This document shows, in pieces, positions 10,298-19,678 of a DNA stretch of 50,042 bases (positions within the stretch are counted from its first letter, which is position 1; each line of letters starts with the position of its first letter). The stretch is from an uncultured bacterium (GTDB taxonomy: Bacteria; Gemmatimonadota; Gemmatimonadetes; Longimicrobiales; Gaopeijiaceae): contig CBDUAX010000001.1 in assembly GCA_965365235.1 (NCBI GenBank), positions 1 through 50,042 of the forward strand, in the 5' to 3' direction. A model generated the notes under the pieces. That model ran no database searches. It had not been told where the DNA came from and saw only the letters and a program-made list of their open reading frames with translations. Made by a program: the position numbers and the translations under genes.

Positions 10298-11345
10298 TCT
10301 CCAGAAAACCCCGGGTGAACCGGACCGGAGAGGGTTCGCACTGGCCATCGTGGTTCTCCTTCTGTTCGCCATCGCAGTGGCCGGTGCCACTGGGTACCAG
10401 GTCATCAGCACCGAAGCGTTTCAGGCTCAACAGGCTGCTGAGACCAGTCGTGCTCTGGCGGTTGCCCAGGGTGGCCTGGATTGGTTCATCGGCGGGCACC
10501 GGGGTCTGATCCCGGATACAGCTACCTACGATATCAATGGCGGTACGGCACGAATTATCGCCCGGAAGGTAGCGACGCTATCCCTGGAAGAGGATCTATA
10601 TCTGGTGCAGTCGGAGGGGACCTTCACAGACCGACGGTTTCCGCAGATCCCAGCTGTCAGGATAGCGGCGCAATACGCCACCTATAAGAAGGTACCGCTG
10701 AATACACTGGCCCCGGTTGTGACCACGGCGAACCGGGTCCGGGTGATGCAATACGGAGATGTGAATGGGAACGACCACGCATCGGCGGGTCAGTGCTCGA
10801 CTGCACCGACGGCGCCCGAGGCGGGTGTGGTTGCGAGAAGTAATGTCCAGGTGCTGGGTGGGGGTACGGTAGTCGGGAACCCTGCCGGCCTTACACTAGG
10901 CCCTTTTTCCAATGTAGTGGACTCGGTGGGCCTGGCCTGGGACGTATACAGTGACCCGACCTTTCCGGTGGATCACGATGGGACGTGGCCGAACTTCTCC
11001 TACCTCCCTTCCGACTCCTTTCCGGCAATCCGGTGGACCGGCGATTTCTCCCCGAACTGGACCCGGAGTGGAAGAGGGGTCCTCATCGTGACGGGCACGC
11101 TCCGGATTCCTGACTTCAGCTTCTGGTATTGGAATGGGTTGGTGATTGCCGGGGATGTCCAGGATGTGGGGCAATGGGGATTCTGGACGCTCCAGGGGGC
11201 CCTGGTGTCAGGCCTGGGGTCTTCCATGTCCAACTGGGACATGGCCAACGGGAACATCGACTTCCACTCCTGCTACGTCAGCTGGGCAGGTTTCTCCCTG
11301 GCCCATCTCTCTCCCCTCAGCAACAGCTGGTGGGAAGGAAGCTGA
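10287..11345 (+). CDS. minor (pseudo)pilin, PilX/GspK-like (lacks Glu5)
   Basis: ATG 10287 overlaps the upstream stop by 11 nt. N-terminus MPTDLQKTPGEPDRRGFALAIVVLLLFAIAVAGATGYQV is PilX_N/GspK-like. About 350 aa. Confidence 0.65.
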   Translation: MPTDLQKTPGEPDRRGFALAIVVLLLFAIAVAGATGYQVISTEAFQAQQAAETSRALAVAQGGLDWFIGGHRGLIPDTATYDINGGTARIIARKVATLSLEEDLYLVQSEGTFTDRRFPQIPAVRIAAQYATYKKVPLNTLAPVVTTANRVRVMQYGDVNGNDHASAGQCSTAPTAPEAGVVARSNVQVLGGGTVVGNPAGLTLGPFSNVVDSVGLAWDVYSDPTFPVDHDGTWPNFSYLPSDSFPAIRWTGDFSPNWTRSGRGVLIVTGTLRIPDFSFWYWNGLVIAGDVQDVGQWGFWTLQGALVSGLGSSMSNWDMANGNIDFHSCYVSWAGFSLAHLSPLSNSWWEGS

Positions 11346-11367
11346 TCCGACGGAAGGCAAAGAAGCG

Positions 11368-12684
11368 TCACTGAGCCTCGGGCAATGTCCTCCCACCAAG
11401 CACCCCAACAAACCCCATGACCGAAAGAAGGAGGAGCATTCCTCCCGATCCGATGATCGGTGCCAGGAACCCTACCACCCCACTTGCCAGAAGGACCGCG
11501 CCAATGACCGTGTTGCTGACGGCGACATAGTCGGTTCGTCTGGCCCCTCCGGCCATGTCCAGGATGTAGGTCTTTCGACCAATACGGATCCCACTGTGGG
11601 CCACCGCCAGAAGAAAGAACGCGAAGGGTGGAATCCAGTTGAACCGGTCCAGGAACCCCCATCGCTCGAGGAGGAAGACAACCAGCCCAAGGGAAGAGGC
11701 GGCGGAAGCCGCGGCGATCAAGACCGATCGGCTGGACCGGTCGGAATACCGTCCCCAGAAGAGGCTGCTGAGGGCTGAGGCCAGACCGCTGGCGAGAAGA
11801 AAGTAGGCCAGGGTCCTTCCTCCGCCTCCACCGTGCTCCATGGAGAGGGCTACGTAGAAGGGTGCGGCCAAGCCGGTAGAGATCAACAGGGCCCTCACGA
11901 TGACAAAACGTCGGAACGGGGGATCGGATCGAAGGAGATTCAACCGACGGAGGGCTTCCCTCAAGGCATCGTCCCCCCCTCCGGTGGCACCAGCGACTTC
12001 AGCCACCGAACTGAATACTCCGGCCGCTCCGATCCAGAGAGCCGCGGCTCCAAAGAGGATGACGGCCAGGAAAATGGGAGACGGGTCCTGGGAAGTCGAG
12101 GTCGCCAGGATCCCACCCAAAAGCAGAGTCAGGAGGCCACCGGCGGCGGCGGTGAAGCCCCGCATGCGCCCCCGCCGCGTCTTTGGGATGGTCTTTCCGG
12201 TTACGTCTTTAGAGGCCACCGACACCAGGCCCCTGGCGAGGCTGAAGAAGACCAGGAGTCCCACGATTACGAATCCGGCTGTCCAGCCTCGTAGGAAGAG
12301 GGCCGCGGCACCCATCCCCAACAGTGCCAGGGCCTGGAGCAGCGCCCCGAAGACCCAGACCCTTTTTCTGTACGGTTTCTTGCGGACCGCACCGGCGATG
12401 ACCAGTTGGGGAAGAAGCGAACCCGATTCCCTGATGGGGACCAGGAATCCGATCCAAAACGCGGGGGCACCAAGGGATGCAAGGAGCCAGGGGAGCACCG
12501 TTTTGGCGCTGCTGAGCTCATCGGCCAGCTTGGTCAGGACCTGGCTGGTGGAGAGTTTGAAAAAGTTGCCGGGGACATCGGTGCAGGCGGATTCCGGAAT
12601 GTCCAGGCAAACCCGAGCATCCTCCTCCTCAACGAGGAAGGAGTAGAGTCGGTCCAGCGGCGGCTGACTCCTAGAAGAGCTCAT
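11368..12684 (-). CDS. MFS-type transporter
   Basis: 438 aa with about 12 predicted hydrophobic helices and a cytoplasmic N-terminal extension. The start overlaps the rmuC stop by 14 nt. Confidence 0.8.
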   Translation of the reverse strand: MSSSRSQPPLDRLYSFLVEEEDARVCLDIPESACTDVPGNFFKLSTSQVLTKLADELSSAKTVLPWLLASLGAPAFWIGFLVPIRESGSLLPQLVIAGAVRKKPYRKRVWVFGALLQALALLGMGAAALFLRGWTAGFVIVGLLVFFSLARGLVSVASKDVTGKTIPKTRRGRMRGFTAAAGGLLTLLLGGILATSTSQDPSPIFLAVILFGAAALWIGAAGVFSSVAEVAGATGGGDDALREALRRLNLLRSDPPFRRFVIVRALLISTGLAAPFYVALSMEHGGGGGRTLAYFLLASGLASALSSLFWGRYSDRSSRSVLIAAASAASSLGLVVFLLERWGFLDRFNWIPPFAFFLLAVAHSGIRIGRKTYILDMAGGARRTDYVAVSNTVIGAVLLASGVVGFLAPIIGSGGMLLLLSVMGFVGVLGGRTLPEAQ

Positions 12685-14098
12685 CTTGGGCTTTGGAGTT
12701 CTCGTTCTCGTCGTCCTTCCTCACCCCTTTCCCGTCCTCGAGGCCAGGATCGATTCCTGGGCCGATGGCAAGGATATCCCGGGCCTCCTCCGCCGGGAGC
12801 TCCTGAACCGACTGAAGTCGGCGTTCCATGGCCCGGGTGCGTCGTTCGGCCATTTTGATGGTATTCCCCACCGTCCCGAGTTGCCGTTTCACTTTGGCTA
12901 GGACCTCACCGAATTTCCCGAACTCGCTCTTCACCGCACCGAGAACCTCCCACACTTCCGAGGCTCTCTTCTCGATGGCCAACGTCTGGAACCCCATGCG
13001 CAGGCTACTCAAGATGGCGGCCAGGGTGGTGGGACCAGCCACCACGATGCGGAATTTCTGCTGAAGCTCCGGGACCAGACCCGGTTGTCTGAGAGCTTCA
13101 GCATAGAGGCCCTCCGTTGCCAGGAACATGATGCCGAAGTCCGTAGTGCCGGGGGGATCCAGGTACTTTTCCTGGATCTTCTGGGCCTCGACTCTGAGCG
13201 TGCGAGACAGGGCGTCTCCCGCCTTTTGTACTCCTTCCACATCTCCCGCCTCGGCCGCGTCCTGAAGCCGCAGGTAGTCTTCCTGCGGGAATTTTGAGTC
13301 GATGGGAAGCCAGACCTGACTCTTTGGATCATTGGGCCGCCCCGGGAGGCGAATCGCAAACTCCACCACATCTGAGGATCCCTTCTTGGTGCTCTGATTC
13401 CGGACGAACTGCCCCGGTGCCAGGAACTCCTCCAGGATCGCTCCAAGCTGCACTTCGGCCCAGGTTCCTCGGGATTTGACGTTGGTCAGGACCCGTTTCA
13501 GGTCCCCGACCCCGGTGGCGAGGTTCTTCATCTCCCCCAGGCCCTGCTGCACTGCCTCCAACCGTTCGCTCACCAGTTTGAAGGATTCCCCCAACCTTTT
13601 TTCAAGAGTGCCCTGGAGCTTCTCATCCACGGTCTTCCGCATTTCTTCAAGCTTCTTTTCATTGTCCTCCTGAAGCTGTCGGACCCTCGTGTCCAGCGTT
13701 GTTCTGATCTTCTCCAAAGCCTCAGTGTTGGACTTCTCCATGTCTTTGAGCTGGCGACTGAACCCGGTAAGCTGCTCCTGTTGGAGCTTTGCCTGGCCCG
13801 TGAGGGATGTGGATAGACCCTCCCGTAGCGTGGCCTGGTCTTTGGACAGAGTCTCGGTGAGGGAGTTTTGCGTTTTGGAGAGCCCCTCCCCCAGAGCCGA
13901 GATGGTCTGCGTGACTTCTTCGCGGAGGCTTCGTGCCGCTGAGCCAGCCTCTTCCCGCCCTTTCCTCAGATCTTCTTCCACGGGTTTTCTGAGTTCTTCG
14001 GAGAGCTTGGACGGGGGGCGGAAGAAGAGGAGGAGCAGGAAGCCCAGGTTGACCAGGGTGAGCCCCAGGAGGACCCATAGGAGGAGTCCGTCATTCAT
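12671..14098 (-). CDS. rmuC: DNA recombination protein RmuC
   Basis: N-terminal TM segment, a long coiled-coil region and a conserved RmuC core (GTWAEVQLGAILEEFL, WLPIDSKFPQEDY, IMFLATEGLYAEAL, VAGPTTLAAILSSL). Confidence 0.9.
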   Translation of the reverse strand: MNDGLLLWVLLGLTLVNLGFLLLLFFRPPSKLSEELRKPVEEDLRKGREEAGSAARSLREEVTQTISALGEGLSKTQNSLTETLSKDQATLREGLSTSLTGQAKLQQEQLTGFSRQLKDMEKSNTEALEKIRTTLDTRVRQLQEDNEKKLEEMRKTVDEKLQGTLEKRLGESFKLVSERLEAVQQGLGEMKNLATGVGDLKRVLTNVKSRGTWAEVQLGAILEEFLAPGQFVRNQSTKKGSSDVVEFAIRLPGRPNDPKSQVWLPIDSKFPQEDYLRLQDAAEAGDVEGVQKAGDALSRTLRVEAQKIQEKYLDPPGTTDFGIMFLATEGLYAEALRQPGLVPELQQKFRIVVAGPTTLAAILSSLRMGFQTLAIEKRASEVWEVLGAVKSEFGKFGEVLAKVKRQLGTVGNTIKMAERRTRAMERRLQSVQELPAEEARDILAIGPGIDPGLEDGKGVRKDDENENSKAQDELF

Positions 14099-15750
14099 GG
14101 TGTGTCCGGGGCCTTTGGGTTCGGGTTCCGTGGAATGAAGCTCATGGCCCTTTCAGCCAGCGCGGCGATGGTAAGGGATGGGTTCACACCCGGGTTTGCG
14201 CTCACGGCGGAACCGTCGACGACGAACAAACCTGGGTAACCGAATACCCTGTGTCGATGGTCGATGACTCCTTCTTCCGGGTTGGCCCCCATGCACGCCC
14301 CACCAAGAATATGTGCTGTAGTGGGAATTCCGAAGAGGGTCTCCAGGATCAAACTCCCGGGCATGCCGTCGACCTCTTCGGCAAAGGCCTCGGCCAACTC
14401 CGTGGCCTCGGGGATCGCGGCCGTCGGGAGGGGCCCCTCCCCTGGGATCGATTTCAGGCCCCGGCGGAATAAGTGTGTCAGCTTCCGCCCGAGCTTCAGT
14501 CGAATGAACCCCTCCTGGGTCCTCATATAGAGAAGGATGGTCGTGTGTCTGGCCCAATTCGGAACGGTCAACATCCGTAGGGTCCTCACAGGATGTCGGA
14601 GAGAACGACGAATCGCGTTGAGGAACCGGACGGACCCCCTGGCCCCCGGGGCATGGGGGGTGGCCAGGAGCCGGAAGAACCCGGATCCGGAGCTGAACCG
14701 AACCGGTTCGACGTAGGAAGCCTCGTCGGTCTGCAGGATGGAGGTGATGGCGATGCCCTTGGAGAGATCAAGGTCTCGTCGTTCAGAGGTAACACCCACC
14801 AGGACTTCGGAATTGGTTCGGACCCGATCCCCAACCCGGTCCGAGAGTGCTGGGAGCCCGCCTGGGCTCTCCTTGAGGCGGAGTAGGAGTTCCAGCGTTC
14901 CCAATACGCCGGCCGAGAGGATCACGTTTCTTGCTCTGAGGTCGATCCGCTTCTGGTTGAAGGGCCCTTCCCGGGTCCGTGCTCGAAGGTGGAAACCCAC
15001 CTCGAGAGGCTCGATCCACTCGACGGCGGTGTCGGCCTTCACCTTTGTGCCGGACCGCTCGGCCAACCAGAGGTAGTTCAGGTCAAGTGTATTTTTCGCC
15101 CCGAACCGGCAGCCTGTCATACATCCCCCGCACTCGCTGCATCCGGTGCGAGGGGGGCCATCCCCATGGAAGTAGGGGTCAGGGACCTCCTGGTCCGGCT
15201 CCCCGAAAAACACGGCCACCTGGGTGGGATGGAAACGGTGGGTCAGCCCCATCCGGTCGGCCACACGCCGCAGCGCTGAATCGGCTGGTGACTCTTTCGG
15301 ATACTCGCGGGCCCCCAGCATTCGTCGGGCGGTTCTGTAGTGGGGTTCCAGCTCCGCTCGCCACGGGGCCAGGTGTCCCCAATCCGGGGCACAGAAGAAG
15401 TCACCCTCAGGGATGGGCAGGGTATTGCCGTAGACCAGGGAGCCCCCTCCCACCCCGACTCCATTCAGGCTGGTGAGGTGTTTGAAGAAGGTCATCTTGA
15501 AGATGCCCCGGAACCCCAGCGCGGGCGCCCAGAGCCATCGTTTCAAGTTCCAGTTTGTCTTCGGGAAATCCTCAGGGAGGAATCGGGGGCCCTTCTCAAG
15601 GACCAGGACTGAATATCCCTTTTCGGCCAGGCGCAGGGCACACACGCTCCCACCAAAGCCGGAGCCAACAATGATCCAGTCCCAGTCCACCTCCATAGAA
15701 GAAGTAGGCCGTTGGGAGGCTGCAAGTGGGTTCAGGAGATCAGAATCCAC
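14095..15750 (-). CDS. GMC-family FAD oxidoreductase (cholesterol-oxidase-like)
   Basis: DWIIVGSGFGGSVCALRLAEKGYSVLVLEKG Rossmann motif and a C-terminal GMC region (HILGGACMG, FVVDGSAVSANPGVNPSLTIAALAE). The alternative start ATG 15696 would remove the 19-nt overlap with the kinase gene. Confidence 0.9.
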   Translation of the reverse strand: MDSDLLNPLAASQRPTSSMEVDWDWIIVGSGFGGSVCALRLAEKGYSVLVLEKGPRFLPEDFPKTNWNLKRWLWAPALGFRGIFKMTFFKHLTSLNGVGVGGGSLVYGNTLPIPEGDFFCAPDWGHLAPWRAELEPHYRTARRMLGAREYPKESPADSALRRVADRMGLTHRFHPTQVAVFFGEPDQEVPDPYFHGDGPPRTGCSECGGCMTGCRFGAKNTLDLNYLWLAERSGTKVKADTAVEWIEPLEVGFHLRARTREGPFNQKRIDLRARNVILSAGVLGTLELLLRLKESPGGLPALSDRVGDRVRTNSEVLVGVTSERRDLDLSKGIAITSILQTDEASYVEPVRFSSGSGFFRLLATPHAPGARGSVRFLNAIRRSLRHPVRTLRMLTVPNWARHTTILLYMRTQEGFIRLKLGRKLTHLFRRGLKSIPGEGPLPTAAIPEATELAEAFAEEVDGMPGSLILETLFGIPTTAHILGGACMGANPEEGVIDHRHRVFGYPGLFVVDGSAVSANPGVNPSLTIAALAERAMSFIPRNPNPKAPDTP

Positions 15751-17102
15751 GCGCCCACGAGGAGCCAGCTGATTCCCACGATCACCAGCAACCCGATCTC
15801 GGCGGCCTGAACCTTCTGCCGGCCCTTCTTCCCATGGTACCAGGCGATGATCCCAGAGACAGCCACGGCGCAGAGGTATGTGTTGAGTGCGTGCTTGTAG
15901 CTCTCCAGCGGAAGCACCTCCATGTCTGCCAACTGGTTTACGAAACTCAGCGCCGCGTAGCCCAGGACCGCCGTCACCGCCACAATCTGAGGTAACCTTC
16001 GACGGATCAGGGAGTCGAGAAGATTGTCGGAGCCTACGGGACTCGTGTCCACATTCGGGCCACCTGTGGACTCGGCCCGCAGAGCTTGGACGACATACCG
16101 GGCGCTGGGGCGCTTGTCGGGGTTCTTGGAGAGGCAGCGCGCGAGCAGGTCCGCCAGGTCCTGGTCCACTCCGGGACGGAGGGAGGTGATGGGCCGAGGC
16201 TCGGATCGAAGGTGCGCCAGGTTCATGTCCACCTTCCCCTTTGCGGCAAACGGTCCCTCGCCGGTGAGGATCTCGTACCCCAACAACCCAAGGGCGTAGA
16301 TGTCCGTCCCTTCGGTGGGGTCCTCCCCCTTGAGCTGTTCAGGAGAGAGATACCCGGTTGTTCCGATCGTCTCTCCCACCCGAGTGAGGCGAGGGTCGGT
16401 GTTTCGACCCTGGGGAAGAAGCCCGGCCAGCCCGAAGTCGGAGAGGAGGACACGATCCTTATCCTTGTCACACAAGACGTTCTCAGGCCGAACGTCTCGG
16501 TGTACAAACCCGTTCTCGTGGGCCGAAGCCAAGGCATCGGCGACCTCGATGAGGACGCGCCTGGCCGACGGAATGGACAGGGTGCCTTCCGCCTCCAGCT
16601 TGTCCTCCAGCGTTCCGCCCTTCACATACTGCATGACCAGGTAGGGAAGACCATCGGATAGATAGCCGAACCGGTAGACCTCCACCGCATTCCTATGGTC
16701 CAATGCGGCGGAGGCCTTGGCTTCTCGTTCGAACCGACCCCGAGCCGTGGCGTCCTCAGCCAGGTTCTGGGAGAGGATCTTCACAGCTACGAGCCGATCC
16801 AGGGAGCGCTGACGAGCGAGAAAAACCTCGGCCATACGCCCGGACCCCAGATGGCGCATAACTTCCAGGTCTGGCGCCAACTCTCCCTTCAGAAAGTCTA
16901 GGCGATTGGGTCCTGCCTGGGTTTCCTCGGCCATTTCTCGAGCGGGCTTAGGGGGGAATGGACCACTCGCGGCCCGTTCACAGTGGCGACCGCAATAGGA
17001 ACCATAAGGAGCCAGGTCCCGGGTACACAAGCGTGGCCCGAGCTTCGAGTCGGAGCCGGGACCCAGGCATACCCCCCTCGAGTCGGGTGTGATGGGCATC
17101 AC
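15732..17102 (-). CDS. Hanks-type Ser/Thr protein kinase with C-terminal membrane helices
   Basis: GSGRMAEVFLA, VAVKIL, HRDVRPENVL, DFGLAG and YLSPEQ. C-terminal TM segments are present. The N-terminal roughly 55 aa are uncertain. Confidence 0.9.
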   Translation of the reverse strand: MMPITPDSRGVCLGPGSDSKLGPRLCTRDLAPYGSYCGRHCERAASGPFPPKPAREMAEETQAGPNRLDFLKGELAPDLEVMRHLGSGRMAEVFLARQRSLDRLVAVKILSQNLAEDATARGRFEREAKASAALDHRNAVEVYRFGYLSDGLPYLVMQYVKGGTLEDKLEAEGTLSIPSARRVLIEVADALASAHENGFVHRDVRPENVLCDKDKDRVLLSDFGLAGLLPQGRNTDPRLTRVGETIGTTGYLSPEQLKGEDPTEGTDIYALGLLGYEILTGEGPFAAKGKVDMNLAHLRSEPRPITSLRPGVDQDLADLLARCLSKNPDKRPSARYVVQALRAESTGGPNVDTSPVGSDNLLDSLIRRRLPQIVAVTAVLGYAALSFVNQLADMEVLPLESYKHALNTYLCAVAVSGIIAWYHGKKGRQKVQAAEIGLLVIVGISWLLVGAWILIS

Positions 17103-17174
17103 AGCCCCCGATAGTACGATGAACCAGTTTTTTGGGGAGGGGTCCTGACCTGTAGCGTTCTACCGGGAAAAGCC

Positions 17175-18233
17175 GTGGTTGAGCTTCCAGTTCTCAAGCA
17201 GTCCAGGGAGTGGTTGACCGGAAAGACGGGTCGTCGCAGCGACCGAACCTTTCGCGTCAGAATTCTCGTCCAACTTCTCTTCGCTCTGGTCTCGATTGTT
17301 ATCGGTTTCCAGATCGCCGGGTTTTATCGGGCCGCATTGGCCGGCTCCCTTCCGCTTCCGACCCGGCCTCCTGGCGTAGAAGGGTACCTCCCCATCAGCG
17401 GGCTGATGGGGTTGTTGGACTGGGGCTACCAGGGGACCCTCAACACCATCCATCCGGCTGCAACGATCCTCGTGGTCATCGCCCTGTTTCTGGCGATTCT
17501 CCTACGAAAGGCATTTTGCTCCTGGGTGTGCCCGGTAGGGTTCCTTTCCGAGTTGCTGGCCCGTTTCGGGCGCTGGTCGTTCGGTCGGAACTTCCGGCCA
17601 TGGAGGTGGTTGGACGTACCGCTCCGGAGCTTGAAGTACCTCCTCATGGCTTTTTTCGTGGGAGCGGTCCTTTCCATGACGGCATCGGAGCTTCAGGGAT
17701 TCATCCAGTCGCCCTACAACAGGGTGGCTGACATCAAGATGGGGCTCTTCTTCGTCGACATGAGCCGGACGGGAATTCTGGTGGTGGGTGGGCTGGTCTT
17801 GTCATCGATCTTCGTTTCGGGATCCTGGTGCCGGTATCTGTGCCCGTACGGAGCTCTCCTGGGCCTTTTTTCATGGATCTCCCCCAATCGGATCGGACGG
17901 GACAATGGCCGGTGCGTTGAATGTGGGCTCTGTGACAAGGTTTGTATGGCGCGGATCCCCGTTTCCCAGAAGCACAATGTCCTCAACCCAGAATGCACAG
18001 GATGCCTTGACTGTGTAGCGGTTTGTCCGGTACCGGATACATTACAGATGAACCTCTTAAAACACCGACCGGTCCGGCCCATGGCTTTTGCAGGGGCCGT
18101 ACTCGGACTCTTCCTGGCCGGATACCTGGGGGCACGGGTAACCGGAAGCTGGGCAAACCAGATCTCCGATGTGGAGTACGTGGAACGGCTCCAGAATATC
18201 GACTCTCCCTTATACGGACACCCGGGCCGGTAG
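17175..18233 (+). CDS. membrane polyferredoxin of the NapH/MauN/NosR/CcoG type (4Fe-4S binding)
   Basis: GTG start. Two Cx3CP motifs (CSWVCPVG, CRYLCPYG) lie between TM helices, and there are two ferredoxin motifs (CVECGLCDKVC, CTGCLDCVAVCP). Confidence 0.85.
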   Translation: MVELPVLKQSREWLTGKTGRRSDRTFRVRILVQLLFALVSIVIGFQIAGFYRAALAGSLPLPTRPPGVEGYLPISGLMGLLDWGYQGTLNTIHPAATILVVIALFLAILLRKAFCSWVCPVGFLSELLARFGRWSFGRNFRPWRWLDVPLRSLKYLLMAFFVGAVLSMTASELQGFIQSPYNRVADIKMGLFFVDMSRTGILVVGGLVLSSIFVSGSWCRYLCPYGALLGLFSWISPNRIGRDNGRCVECGLCDKVCMARIPVSQKHNVLNPECTGCLDCVAVCPVPDTLQMNLLKHRPVRPMAFAGAVLGLFLAGYLGARVTGSWANQISDVEYVERLQNIDSPLYGHPGR

Positions 18234-18306
18234 GCTGGCGGGTGGGCTGGCGCGTAGGCTCCCCTGGGCCAACCGGGTCCCGGTTTCAAGAAAGAATGGA
18301 TTGGCG

Positions 18307-19506
18307 ATGAAGAACCGGTCGTGGCAAATACTGACTTTGATGGGCCTGGTGACTGTGGGGCTTCCTCTCCACGGCCAGGAGACATCTGTCAAGTTCGGAG
18401 GCCAGGTTCGGCCTCGCATGGAGGGTCGGGATCCCGTGGCTGGCGAGCGAGATGTCTTCACCTCCATGAGGGTGAGGGGAGCTCTGGATGCGAGTCTGGA
18501 GAACCAGGTGAGAGTGTTCGTCCAGTTTCAGGACGTACGACTCTTCGGTGAGGAGACGAATACACTTGGAGACTATTCGGGAGACAACCTGGACCTGCAT
18601 CAGGGTTTCCTGGAGTTGGGCTCCGTACCCCACTTTGGCGGAGTCTTCAGGGTCGGTCGGCAGGAGATGGCTCTGGGTGAGCAGCGGCTGGTTGGAGCGG
18701 TGAACTGGACCCAGCAGGGCCGCAGTTTCGACGGAGCCCGATACACCACCCCCTCTCTGGGCAGCCTGACGATCGACCTCTTTGGGATGAAGCTTCGTGA
18801 AGAGACGGCTAGCACCCAGGAGTTCGATTCAGAATTCTGGGGGGCTTGGGGAAACATCGACCTTGGGGAGCGAGGGTCTCTGGAAGTCTTCGGGCTCCTG
18901 ACCACAGACTCCCGCGATGAAGGGACCGAAGAGCGAACGCTGGGCGCCCTCTGGAGAGGGACGGCTGGACCGGTCCAACTGAGGGCCGAGGGAAGCCTTC
19001 AAGGGGGCACCCGGGGAGACGAGGACGTATCGGCGTTTATGGTGGGCCTCAGGGCCGGCATCAACCTCTCGGACGTCGGCACCGTCACCCTATGGTACGA
19101 CCACCTCTCCGGTGACGAAGATCCTGACGATGGAGAGAGCGGGGTCTTCAATACCCTCTTCGCCACCAACCACGCCTTCTATGGGTTCGCCGACTACTTC
19201 CTCAATATTCCGGTCCATACCGGTGGTTTGGGCCTCAGGGACACGGCCCTCAAGTTCGCTTTCTTCCCATGGGAGCAGACACGGCTCACGGTGGACCTCC
19301 ACATTTTCCAGACGGCCCAGGACGGCTCTCTTTCCACTCAGTCCCTTGGGAATGAGTTCGATGTCACCCTCAGTCGTCCCATCTCGCAGGGCCTGAGCCT
19401 GGGGGCCGGTTACGCCTACTTCCAGGCAAAGGATGGAATGGAGGAGCTGGGACGCCTCGAAGAAGACGCCCAGTGGTTCTATCTGATGCTGGACGCGGCG
19501 TTTTAG
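18307..19506 (+). CDS. outer-membrane porin, alginate-export (AlgE-like) family
   Basis: ATG 18307 gives the signal peptide MKNRSWQILTLMGLVTVGLPLHGQE. The core FRVGRQEMALGEQRLVGAVNWTQQGRSFDGARY is typical of the Alginate_exp family. Ends in F. Confidence 0.7.
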   Translation: MKNRSWQILTLMGLVTVGLPLHGQETSVKFGGQVRPRMEGRDPVAGERDVFTSMRVRGALDASLENQVRVFVQFQDVRLFGEETNTLGDYSGDNLDLHQGFLELGSVPHFGGVFRVGRQEMALGEQRLVGAVNWTQQGRSFDGARYTTPSLGSLTIDLFGMKLREETASTQEFDSEFWGAWGNIDLGERGSLEVFGLLTTDSRDEGTEERTLGALWRGTAGPVQLRAEGSLQGGTRGDEDVSAFMVGLRAGINLSDVGTVTLWYDHLSGDEDPDDGESGVFNTLFATNHAFYGFADYFLNIPVHTGGLGLRDTALKFAFFPWEQTRLTVDLHIFQTAQDGSLSTQSLGNEFDVTLSRPISQGLSLGAGYAYFQAKDGMEELGRLEEDAQWFYLMLDAAF

Positions 19507-19590
19507 GGCGGTCCGTTAGACCGGGCGGGGAGGGGGATTGAGGCGCTCACCGGACCGGGTATCGCCTGCAGGGGGAAACCCATAATATCC

Positions 19591-19608
19591 CTGTGATCCC
19601 TGTCACAG
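19591..19608. promoter_or_regulatory. CRP/HcpR-type operator CTGTGA-N6-TCACAG upstream of the Rieske-Nap operon
   Basis: CTGTGATCCCTGTCACAG has perfect 6+6 inverted arms and is centred about 80 nt upstream of ATG 19679. The same architecture occurs at 44776..44793 and 43154..43171. Confidence 0.6.
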
Positions 19609-19678
19609 CCGCTTCCAGAGACGCTCGGTACCTTGGTGCCCAGGTGGGAAATCCGGAAATCCCAGAGGGGGATCCAGA

